Assembly (NCBI GenBank): GCA_036260295.1
Contig: DATAAD010000082.1
Coordinates: 9,965-73,964, forward strand
From: Acidimicrobiales bacterium
Lineage (GTDB): Bacteria > Actinomycetota > Acidimicrobiia > Acidimicrobiales > AC-14
Length of the DNA: 64,000 bases
Direction: 5' to 3'
The position numbers were made by a program, and so were the translations under genes. The notes beneath the pieces were generated by a model that ran no database searches, was not told where the DNA came from, and was given only the letters and a program-made list of their open reading frames with translations. The stretch's first letter is position 1. Each line of letters starts with the position of its first letter. Positions 35,400 through 43,638 of this stretch are shown one piece after another.

Positions 35400-36782
35400 A
35401 TGGTGAGCTCGCTGGCGAGCGCGAACGAGAAGTTCTGTGGCCCCGCCCGTCCGTGCGCCAGCACCGTTGCCGCCCGGACCACGTCGGCCATCGGCCGTCG
35501 GCCGGCGCCGGCCTGGTCGCCCCGCCCGTCGACGATCGGACCGGAGCCGGGCTCGGCGGTCCCGTCGCTGTCAGGGCCGGTCCGGCTCCAGCGGGCGTGC
35601 ACGTGCGCCTCCGGCGGGAGCGGCGGTGGCTGCTCCGCCTGTCAGGACACGGACGCAGGGTCCCTGCGACGTGTGCCCGTCACCGCCGGGGGCCGGCCCG
35701 CGACCGCCCCGCCCGAGGTGCTCTCGGTGCTTCGTGGCCCCGGGGCCCCCCTGGCACCGCCCAGCCGTGTCTTCATGGAGTCGCGACTGGGGCGCGACCT
35801 CGGAGCCGTCCGCGTCCACACCGGGCCGGCCGCCGCCTCCTCGGCCGCAGCGGTCAGGGCGCGGGCCTACACGGTGGGGGCCGACATCGTCTTCGGGGCC
35901 GGGCAGTACGCCCCCCTCACCGTCGACGGCCGCCGGCTCCTGGCCCACGAGCTGGCCCACGTCGCCCAGCAGGGGGCCCGGCGGGTGCCGGAGCCCGCCT
36001 CACTCGAGGTGGGCGCTCCGGGCACCGCGCTCGAACAGGAAGCCGACCGAGTCGCCGACGCAGTCGCCGGAGGAGGGCCGGCCCCGGCGGCCACGACCGC
36101 CCCTCGGGGAGTGTCGAGAGCGGACACCGGCCCCCTCGTTTCCGCGCCGGTCGCGGCCCCGGTCTGCCCGGCGCTGCCGGCGTCGACCCCGGCATCGTGT
36201 TCCGCGCGCCACGACGCGTACTGCCTGGCCGCCCGTTGCCGTCCCGACAACCCCTGGCTGGCGTGCGCGTGCCGGGCTTCCGGCGACGTCTGCCGCGCCG
36301 TCGACGCCTTCCTCTTCCGAGGCCTCGAGGGGGCCGGACTGCTGCTCTGCATCCAGTCCACGGTGCCGATCTGGAACACGTTCTCGGCCGTCAGGGACAC
36401 CGTCGCCAAGGGCGCCTGGCTGCTTGCCACCAACGCGTGCATCTGGCCCCACTGGCGGGCTGCCTTCGACGCCATCCATGACCCGACCTCGCCGGTGCCG
36501 ACCGGCCTCACCGCGGAGTGGGCGACGGCGGTGACCACGTGCCGGACAGCGGGTGTGGCCAGCACGGCCTGCTGCCGGGCCCACGTCACCGCTGAGCAGA
36601 CGGCCATCGACCGTTGCGGTTTTTACCCGACGGCGCGATTCGGCCGGCTGCCGACGAACGTCCCGTATGCGCCGGCGTGCGGGTATGTCGTCGCGTTCCT
36701 CGCCCCGCCGCCCCCGTTCACGGGCGACTTCGGCGTGGTCGGCGACCGCATCAGCTACGGGAACGCCCGCTGCTGCTCCTAG
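35400..36782 (+). CDS. DUF4157 (HExxH) domain protein with Cys-rich C-terminal domain of unknown function; candidate CIS cargo/effector
   Basis: GGAGGA RBS. LQRACTCASGGSGGGCSAC motif. DUF4157 core MESRLGRDLGAVRVHTG...ARAYTVGADIVFGAGQYAP...GRRLLAHELAHVAQQG. About 220-aa C-terminus with many Cys and no recognisable family. Confidence 0.75.
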   Translation: MVSSLASANEKFCGPARPCASTVAARTTSAIGRRPAPAWSPRPSTIGPEPGSAVPSLSGPVRLQRACTCASGGSGGGCSACQDTDAGSLRRVPVTAGGRPATAPPEVLSVLRGPGAPLAPPSRVFMESRLGRDLGAVRVHTGPAAASSAAAVRARAYTVGADIVFGAGQYAPLTVDGRRLLAHELAHVAQQGARRVPEPASLEVGAPGTALEQEADRVADAVAGGGPAPAATTAPRGVSRADTGPLVSAPVAAPVCPALPASTPASCSARHDAYCLAARCRPDNPWLACACRASGDVCRAVDAFLFRGLEGAGLLLCIQSTVPIWNTFSAVRDTVAKGAWLLATNACIWPHWRAAFDAIHDPTSPVPTGLTAEWATAVTTCRTAGVASTACCRAHVTAEQTAIDRCGFYPTARFGRLPTNVPYAPACGYVVAFLAPPPPFTGDFGVVGDRISYGNARCCS

Positions 36783-36807
36783 AGCTGGGCGCCACCGCCC
36801 CCGGACC

Positions 36808-36847
36808 GAGGCGGCGGTGCACGGAGGCCGACCTCGGCCGCCTCTTT
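36808..36847 (+). terminator. GC hairpin followed by TTT after the first DUF4157 gene
   Basis: GAGGCGGC (36808-36815) pairs with GCCGCCTC (36837-36844), with an inner GGCCGA/TCGGCC stem, then TTT. Confidence 0.4.
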
Positions 36848-36930
36848 GCCGTAATGCCCATTGGTCGGTAGCGTCACCGCCGGCCGAGTCCGGGAGGCTC
36901 GAGAGAACGGCGGCGAGCGGAGGGAACACC

Positions 36931-37686
36931 ATGAACATGGCGGTGCCGGCTCGGCGACGGGCGAGCCGGGAGGCGGAGCACCCTTCGGCCCACCTGCAGC
37001 TCCTCGGTGGCTTCGAGCTCGTCTGCGACGGCGAGGCCGCCTCCCTGCCGCTCGGCGCCCAGCGGCTCATCGCCTTTCTCGCCATCCGGCGCCAGCGACT
37101 CCTCAGAGCCCACGTCGCCGGTGCCCTCTGGTTGGAGCTCCCCGACAGCCGGGCGGGTGCCAACCTCCGCTCGTCGCTGTGGAGGTTGAACTGCATGGAC
37201 CGCCACCTGGTGGAGGCGTCACCGACGTCGCTGCGCCTGTCCGACTCGGTGTCCGTCGACCTCTGGGAGGCGGAGCGGAGCGCGTACCACGTCCTGCGGG
37301 GTGACGCCCGGACCGAGGACGTCGACGACCTGGAGGTCCGCGTCCTGGTCCTCGACCACGAGCTGCTCCCGGACTGGTACGAGGAGTGGATGGTGTACGA
37401 GCAACAGCGCTTCCACCAGCTCCGCCTTCACGCCCTCGAGACCCTGTGCCTGCGGCTCACCGCCGCCAGGCGCTTCGCCCAGGCCATCGACGCCGGCCAG
37501 CGCGCCGTTGCCGCCGAACCGCTTCGAGAAACCGCCCACCGGGCGCTGATCCTCGCCCACCTGGAGGAGGGGAACCGGAGCGAGGCCGTCAAGCACTACA
37601 GGCGCTTCGCCGAGCGGCTCCACGACGAGCTCGGCTGCCATCCGTCCGAGTCGATGGAACGACTGGTGGCGCCGCTCGCCATGTGA
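36931..37686 (+). CDS. SARP-type regulator (wHTH + BTAD), CIS-locus associated
   Basis: LQLLGGFELVCDGEAASLPLGAQRLIAFLAI (SARP wHTH) and BTAD ...AHRALILAHLEEGNRSEAVKHYRRFAERLHDELGCHPSESM. Confidence 0.75.
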   Translation: MNMAVPARRRASREAEHPSAHLQLLGGFELVCDGEAASLPLGAQRLIAFLAIRRQRLLRAHVAGALWLELPDSRAGANLRSSLWRLNCMDRHLVEASPTSLRLSDSVSVDLWEAERSAYHVLRGDARTEDVDDLEVRVLVLDHELLPDWYEEWMVYEQQRFHQLRLHALETLCLRLTAARRFAQAIDAGQRAVAAEPLRETAHRALILAHLEEGNRSEAVKHYRRFAERLHDELGCHPSESMERLVAPLAM

Positions 37687-37785
37687 GGCAGCCCGCCCGG
37701 GGGACCGAGACGCGACCGCGACGCGGCGGTGACGGCAACGTGATGCGCCGGTGCGAGAGTCGCCTGGCGTCGGTGAGGAGGGGAC

Positions 37786-38628
37786 ATGGCGAATGCGGTT
37801 GCTCGGGGGAACGGCCCCGTCGAGGTCGTCAACGCGAGCGGAGCCCTGATCTCGATCCCGTTGAGCTCGATCACGTTCGACGACACCGGCCGCGCCGTCG
37901 GCAGCGGTCAGCTCTATGCCGACAACCAGGCCCTCCTCGACCCCTACCTGGCCCGCCTGGTCCGCGACGGGTTGCTGGAACCGGGACCGCAGCCACCGCC
38001 GGTGCCGATCCTCGTCATCACGGCCAAGACCGCAGGTGCCATCGGCAACGACATCAGCATCGGCTTCGCCAACCTCCGCCCCGACCCGTCGGACAACACC
38101 AGGAAGGTCTTCGACGCCACCCTCACGCAGGTCGACACGTACCGCGACCTCGTGGCGGACAACTCGATCAAGGCCGTCCTCGGCAGCTCCACCGGCACCG
38201 GCAGTCGCCCCGGACTGGTGTTCGTCTCCAGCGGGGCTGCCCCCATCTCGCTTCCCAAGGTCGGCACCTACGCCCCGGACGGCGGGGGTGAGTTCACGAT
38301 CCCGAAGAGCACGGGGGCGGGCAACGCCTTCAAGCTGAAACTGCGAGCGGTTGACGCGGCGGCGACGAGCTCGGTCGAGATCCTGTCCTCGACGGAGGAC
38401 CCCGCGCCCGGCCGGTTTACCTTGGTCGCCAGCTGGTCCCGGACCATCGTCGGGGTGAAGGTGACGGACCTCGACTCCGCGGCCAACTTCGGGCCCTTCA
38501 TCACGGTGAAGGGCCCCGACGGCACCTCCCCACCGACCACGCCGCCACCCCCAGGGTCGGTGGTGCTCTCCGGCGGCTCCGACCAAGCCGCCGCCCAGCC
38601 CGCATCGGCAACGGTGACCGCCCCCTGA
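37786..38628 (+). CDS. hypothetical protein, first gene of the CIS operon
   Basis: GAGGAGGGG RBS. 280 aa with a Pro/Thr-rich C-terminal tail. I recognise no family. Confidence 0.6.
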   Translation: MANAVARGNGPVEVVNASGALISIPLSSITFDDTGRAVGSGQLYADNQALLDPYLARLVRDGLLEPGPQPPPVPILVITAKTAGAIGNDISIGFANLRPDPSDNTRKVFDATLTQVDTYRDLVADNSIKAVLGSSTGTGSRPGLVFVSSGAAPISLPKVGTYAPDGGGEFTIPKSTGAGNAFKLKLRAVDAAATSSVEILSSTEDPAPGRFTLVASWSRTIVGVKVTDLDSAANFGPFITVKGPDGTSPPTTPPPPGSVVLSGGSDQAAAQPASATVTAP

Positions 38629-38668
38629 GGGGCACGCCACAACAGCACCGGCCGCTCGAGGAGGACCC

Positions 38669-40210
38669 ATGCCAGTCACCCCCACCTATCCGGGCCTCTA
38701 CTTGGAGGAGCTGCCGAGCAACGCCCGCACCATCACGGCCGCGCCGACGTCGGTGGCCGTGTTCGTGGGCTACGGGCACCCGTACAAGACCCGGCAGCCC
38801 GACGTCGCCGTCCGGATCTTCAGCTTCACGGAGTACGAGCGCGAGTTCGGAGGGCTCTTCGCCAGCGGCGTCTTCGACCCCAACCTGGGGCACGCCGTCA
38901 ACCAGTTCTTCCTCAACGGCGGCTCCGTGGCCTGGGTGGTCGGCGTGCAGGCCAGCTATCGGACGAACACGGGCAGCATCATCGCCCCCGACCCACCGCC
39001 CGGGCCGACGGCGACGATCGGCGGTCTCGTCTTCACCGGCCGGGAGCCGAGCGACATGGTCGAGATGCGGGTGACGATCGACAACGTGAGCGGCACCACG
39101 GGCGACATTACCGTCACCTACGGGGCGGTGATGTTGGAGACGTACCGCGGCGTGAGCGTCGACCCGGCGGATGCGAACTTCGTCGAGACGGTCCTCGGCA
39201 CCGCTTCGAGTCCGAGGTCGGCTCTCGCCACCGTGGCCCCTACTCCGGGACCCGCCTACCCGGCGACGATGCCGGCGGGCTCCCAGCCGTTCAGCATGAA
39301 CCTCCCGGCCAACCTGGCGACGACGTTCAGCGCCGCCGACTTCGGCCCGGTCTTCGCCGCCGACAGCTCGCTCGACAAGGTCGACATCTTCAACATCCTG
39401 TGCGTCCCCGGCATCGCCGATCGCGACGTGCAGAGCAGGGCGCTGGTCTTCGCCGAGCGCAAGCTCGCCTTCATGGTCGTGGACCCTCCCCCCCAAGCCA
39501 TCGCCGACGGCGGGAGCCCGGCTTCGATGGAGACGCTGGTCGGGATCGTCCCGAAGAGCACGAACGGCGCCCTCTACTTTCCGTACCTGATGACGACGAA
39601 CCCGCTCACGGGCCTGCCGATGGCACTCCCGCCGAGCGGCTTCGTCGCCGGCAGGTACGCCGACACCGACCTCCGGCGGGGGGTCTGGAAGGCCCCGGCC
39701 GGGCTGGAGACCCAGATCGCGACGGCGTCGGGTGTGGCCCCGACCGGGCAGATGACGAACCAACGGCAAGGTGTCCTCAACGAGCTGGGGGTCAACTGCC
39801 TCCGGACGTTCCCCGATTCCGGCACCGTCGTCTTCGGAGCGCGAACTCTCGTGACGGCGAACGACGCCTTCCAGCAGTGGCGCTACGTGCCCGTCCGGCG
39901 CATGGCTCTGTTCGTCGAGCAGACCCTGCTGCGCAACCTCGGGTGGGCGGTGTTCGAGCCGAACGACGTGCCCCTCTGGGACGCGCTGCGCACGACGGTG
40001 AACGACTTCATGCTGGGCCTGTTCAACCAGGGGGCGTTCCAGGGGGAGGCGCCCAGCCAGGCGTTCAAGGTGGTCTGCGACCGCACGACGACCACCCAAG
40101 CCGACGTCGACAACGGGATCGTCAACATCATCGTCGCCTTCCGTCCGTTGAAGCCGGCCGAGTTCGTCATCATCAAGATCGCCCAGCTCGCCGGCCAGAC
40201 GCCGGGATGA
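38669..40210 (+). CDS. contractile tail sheath protein (Afp2/Pvc2/Cis2-like)
   Basis: Canonical sheath N-terminus MPVTPTYPGLYLEELPS...VAVFVGY and C-terminal domain GVNCLRTFPDSGTVVFGARTL. Confidence 0.9.
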   Translation: MPVTPTYPGLYLEELPSNARTITAAPTSVAVFVGYGHPYKTRQPDVAVRIFSFTEYEREFGGLFASGVFDPNLGHAVNQFFLNGGSVAWVVGVQASYRTNTGSIIAPDPPPGPTATIGGLVFTGREPSDMVEMRVTIDNVSGTTGDITVTYGAVMLETYRGVSVDPADANFVETVLGTASSPRSALATVAPTPGPAYPATMPAGSQPFSMNLPANLATTFSAADFGPVFAADSSLDKVDIFNILCVPGIADRDVQSRALVFAERKLAFMVVDPPPQAIADGGSPASMETLVGIVPKSTNGALYFPYLMTTNPLTGLPMALPPSGFVAGRYADTDLRRGVWKAPAGLETQIATASGVAPTGQMTNQRQGVLNELGVNCLRTFPDSGTVVFGARTLVTANDAFQQWRYVPVRRMALFVEQTLLRNLGWAVFEPNDVPLWDALRTTVNDFMLGLFNQGAFQGEAPSQAFKVVCDRTTTTQADVDNGIVNIIVAFRPLKPAEFVIIKIAQLAGQTPG

Positions 40211-40226
40211 GCTGAGGAGGGGCGCC

Positions 40227-40739
40227 ATGTCCAAGCCGTTCAGCGTCAACGCCAACCGGTTCGAGCCGTATTCGACGTCGCGCTTCGTGATCTTCTTCGA
40301 GAAGTCGACCACGCCGGTGGCCGGCGTGAGCAAGGTGACGGGGATCAAGCGGTCGACGGACCCCATCGAGTACAAGGAGGGAGGGAACCCCCTGGCCCGC
40401 AAAGGGCTGGGACGTACCAAGTACGAGCCGATCACCCTCGAGCGGGGGGTCACCCACGACACCACCTTCGAGGAGTGGGCCAACGCTCCCCAGGTGCTTG
40501 ACACCGGAGCGGCGACGGCAAGCCTGAAGAACCTGAGGAAGAACATCCAGATCGTGTTGCAGAACGAGCGCGGCCAGATGGTGCACCGCTACCTCGTGTA
40601 CCGCTGCTGGGTGTCGGAGTACCAGGCGTTGCCCGACCTGGACGCCGGGGCCAACGCGGTGGCCATCGAGCACATCAAGCTCGAGCACGAGGGATGGGAA
40701 CACGACCTCAGCGTCTCCGAGCCGAACCAGAACGTGTGA
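40227..40739 (+). CDS. tail tube protein (T4 gp19 / Afp1-like)
   Basis: FVIFFEKSTTPVAGVSKVTGIKRSTDPIEYKEGGNP...KYEPITLERGVTHD, typical of the conserved phage tail region/gp19 family. Confidence 0.85.
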   Translation: MSKPFSVNANRFEPYSTSRFVIFFEKSTTPVAGVSKVTGIKRSTDPIEYKEGGNPLARKGLGRTKYEPITLERGVTHDTTFEEWANAPQVLDTGAATASLKNLRKNIQIVLQNERGQMVHRYLVYRCWVSEYQALPDLDAGANAVAIEHIKLEHEGWEHDLSVSEPNQNV

Positions 40740-40740
40740 C

Positions 40741-41520
40741 ATGCCCTCGGTCCGCCTGCACGTGAGCGGGCTGGAAGTCGAGGTCCGCCAGCCGGCAGGC
40801 GCCGAGGACGTCCTCCTCGCCGAGGCCTGGTCGTTGGACGCGGCGCTGGCGGTCGAGCTCGTCAGCCGGGTCGCGGCACCGGCGGGCGCCGGCGCGCCGG
40901 AGTGGGCCGACCTCGTCCACACCGACCTCGATGCGCTCCTCCTGGTCGTGCGAGCAACGGTCTTCGGCGACGTCATCCGGTCGGACGTGGTGTGCCCTGC
41001 GGTCGACTGCCAGGCCCGGGCCGACATCACGTTCGGCATCGGCGACTACCTCCGGCACCACCGGCCCCGCCCGCCCCGCCGGGTCCATCCCGCCGCCGAG
41101 CCGGGCTGGTACCTGCTCGACGGCGCCGCCGTCCGGTTCCGGCTCCCGACCGCCGCCGACCTGCTGGCCGCCGCCGCCGAGCCGCGACCGGACGAGGTCC
41201 TCCGCGCCCGCACCACCTCTCCGTCCCGACTACCCGCGCCGTTGCGCCGACGGGTGGACGCGGCCATGGCGGCCCTGGCCCCCCCGCTGGTCGACGACCT
41301 GCTGGCCGCCTGCCCCGAGTGCCACCAAGCGTTCACCGTCCGGTTCGACCCGCGGGAGTACTGCCTGCGCGAGCTCCGCGCCCAGGCACTGTCCGTCTTC
41401 GAGGACGTCCACCTGCTGGCGTCCGCCTACAACTGGCCAGAGCAGGAGATCCTCGCCCTTCCCCGCTCGCGTCGCCTGCTCTACGCGGAGATGGCGAGGG
41501 AGGAACGCGGGCCGGCCTAG
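40741..41520 (+). CDS. hypothetical CIS protein with two Cys pairs (zinc-ribbon-like)
   Basis: Starts 2 nt after the tube gene. CPAVDC...and...CPECHQAF...C. Occupies the position of a tail assembly chaperone in phage tail modules. Confidence 0.6.
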   Translation: MPSVRLHVSGLEVEVRQPAGAEDVLLAEAWSLDAALAVELVSRVAAPAGAGAPEWADLVHTDLDALLLVVRATVFGDVIRSDVVCPAVDCQARADITFGIGDYLRHHRPRPPRRVHPAAEPGWYLLDGAAVRFRLPTAADLLAAAAEPRPDEVLRARTTSPSRLPAPLRRRVDAAMAALAPPLVDDLLAACPECHQAFTVRFDPREYCLRELRAQALSVFEDVHLLASAYNWPEQEILALPRSRRLLYAEMAREERGPA

Positions 41521-41521
41521 C

Positions 41522-42346
41522 GTGGCGCGGACCGGCTACCTCGCGCTGGTCGCCCGGGTGCCGGGTGGCACGGGGCCGGTGCTGGCTCCCCCGCGGCCGG
41601 CGTTCCGGCGGCCGGAGGCCCGCCCCACCGGCCCGGCGCGCCCACCCGCGCCCCGCCCACCCGCGGGCCGGACGAGCCCACGCTCGGCGGTACCGGTCAC
41701 GGCCGGGCCGGCCGAGGTGGGAGCACGGCCCCTCCCGGCGGTCCCGCCGCCGGGAGAAGCCTCCCGAGGCACCAGGGGGTCGCCGCTCGCCACCGCGGGG
41801 GTGGCGGCACCTCCCGCCCCCCTCCCACCGCACGTCGTCCTGCCGGCGATCGACCCGCCTCGGTCGCGCGCCGACGTCCGGCGGCCGCGCCCGGGGTCGC
41901 TCCAGCCCAGCGGAGCCGACCGCGTGGTGGCCGGACCGGCCCCGAAGACGGGCGCGGGCCGCGAGGCGGTGGCGACGACCGGCGGGCCACGGCCGCCCGT
42001 TCCCGCCGCGTCCCCGGCGGCCGGCCCTCGCGGCCCTGAGGAACGCTCGCCCGGGGCGCTCTCGCCCACCCCTGCGGCCCCTGCACCCGCGGTCGCCCAG
42101 CCCCCGGCCGAGCCGCGCCGCCCGACCGTGCTCGAACCTCCCGCCCCGGTCGCACCCGCCATTCCGTCCGGACGCCCGCCGGAGGTGCGGATCGGGTCGA
42201 TCGAGGTGATCGTGGAGCCTCCGGCGGCGGCCGCCTCGCCGCTGCCGCCCGCGCCGCGGCCGGCCCCGCCGGCCGCGGGGCCCGGAGCCGGCTCCACCCC
42301 CCTCTCCCGCGGCTACTCCGCCCGATTCGGCCTCCGGCAGAGCTGA
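41522..42346 (+). CDS. proline-rich CIS protein (possible tail length determinator / tape-measure analogue)
   Basis: GTG 2 nt after the upstream stop. Short structured ends (YLALVARV...; EVRIGSIEVIVE...SRGYSARFGLRQS) flank a long Pro/Ala-rich low-complexity region. Confidence 0.5.
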   Translation: MARTGYLALVARVPGGTGPVLAPPRPAFRRPEARPTGPARPPAPRPPAGRTSPRSAVPVTAGPAEVGARPLPAVPPPGEASRGTRGSPLATAGVAAPPAPLPPHVVLPAIDPPRSRADVRRPRPGSLQPSGADRVVAGPAPKTGAGREAVATTGGPRPPVPAASPAAGPRGPEERSPGALSPTPAAPAPAVAQPPAEPRRPTVLEPPAPVAPAIPSGRPPEVRIGSIEVIVEPPAAAASPLPPAPRPAPPAAGPGAGSTPLSRGYSARFGLRQS

Positions 42347-42357
42347 GGAGGTGGCAC

Positions 42358-43638
42358 GTGGCCCTCGCCCCGCTCGGCACGCTCGACCTCTCGGTGGTCA
42401 CCGACCGCCTGCTGGCGATCATCCGCGGCGGCATCACCACCTGGCCGCTCTGGGACGTGAACGGTGGGCCGATCGCCAGGTTCGACATCACCTCGACCGG
42501 CTCCATGCCCGAGACCGTCCGGGTGGCCGGGGGCTGCCACCTCAACCTCTACCTCCTCCATGTCCGAGAAGACCCCTACCAACGCAATGCGCCGGTGACC
42601 GGGCGCAGCCTCCCGGTCCCCCTGCAGCCCATGAGCCTGCAGCTCACCTACCTGCTCACCGCCTTCAGCGGCGAGGACTACCGCCAGGAGCAGCGGGCCA
42701 TGAGCATCGCCCTGCGCGCCCTGTACGAGAACCCGATCGTCCGGATGACCGTCGTCATCGCCGGCGTGAACGTCGACGAGGAGTTCACCGTCCAGATGCA
42801 GGCCGAGAGCCCCGACGAGCTCGGCCGTGTCTGGCAGGCGATCAGCGCCCCCTTTCGCCTGGCCACGGTGTACCGGGCGAGCGTGGTCTTCGTCACGCCC
42901 GAAGCCCCGGCGACGGCGTCCGCGCCACCGCCGGAGCGGGTCGTCCTGGCTGCGGCGCCGGCATCGCTCCCGTTCCTCGCCGGGGGGCAGGTGACGGGGA
43001 CGTCGTCCGTCGTCACGTACAAGGCGCCGGACAGCACGGTGGCCGACCCTCGGGAGCTGACCTACCACCTGTCGCCGGCGACGGTGGCGCGTGGCGGCCG
43101 GTTCCGCCTGCTCGGCGGCAACCTCGGCGGCTCGACCTCGGCGCGGGTCTTCCTGCTCCCGGCCTCCGGCGGCGAGCAGGAGGTCACTGCGTGGGTGGAC
43201 TCGGCCGAGTCGACGCCGTCGAGCATCACCTTGGAGGTCCCGGCGGCAGGTGCGGTGCCCCCGGCCGGGGTCCACCGGCTCTCGGTCGGAAGCGACGCCG
43301 CCCTCGGCGACCCGGAGACCTTCCGGTCCAACACCACGCCGTTCAGCATCTCCGCCCGGGTAGGGCCGGCCGCCAACCCACCCCTGCTCGCCCCGGTCGC
43401 CGGCACCTACACCCTGTCCGGGGGCGGCTTCGTGGCCGCCGCCACCGACGTGCTGGTCGGAACCGTATCCCTGTCCCGGGTGACGGTCGCGCCCGGGCCC
43501 GGGGAGTTCCGCGTCGTCAGCCCGGCGACGATCACCTTCCAACTCCCGGCCGGGATGCCTTCCGGCACCCGCCACGACGTGCGGGTCCGGGTGAACGACG
43601 TCGAGTCGGCGCCGGCTTGGTGGGTGGTCGTGCCATGA
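42358..43638 (+). CDS. DUF4255 (Pvc16/Afp16-like) tail terminator/cap protein with C-terminal Ig-like extension
   Basis: N-terminal LDLSVVTDRLLAII...LNLYLLHVREDPYQRN...LQLTYLLTAF, typical of DUF4255. An extra ~220 aa carries two IPT/TIG-like repeats. Confidence 0.75.
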   Translation: MALAPLGTLDLSVVTDRLLAIIRGGITTWPLWDVNGGPIARFDITSTGSMPETVRVAGGCHLNLYLLHVREDPYQRNAPVTGRSLPVPLQPMSLQLTYLLTAFSGEDYRQEQRAMSIALRALYENPIVRMTVVIAGVNVDEEFTVQMQAESPDELGRVWQAISAPFRLATVYRASVVFVTPEAPATASAPPPERVVLAAAPASLPFLAGGQVTGTSSVVTYKAPDSTVADPRELTYHLSPATVARGGRFRLLGGNLGGSTSARVFLLPASGGEQEVTAWVDSAESTPSSITLEVPAAGAVPPAGVHRLSVGSDAALGDPETFRSNTTPFSISARVGPAANPPLLAPVAGTYTLSGGGFVAAATDVLVGTVSLSRVTVAPGPGEFRVVSPATITFQLPAGMPSGTRHDVRVRVNDVESAPAWWVVVP

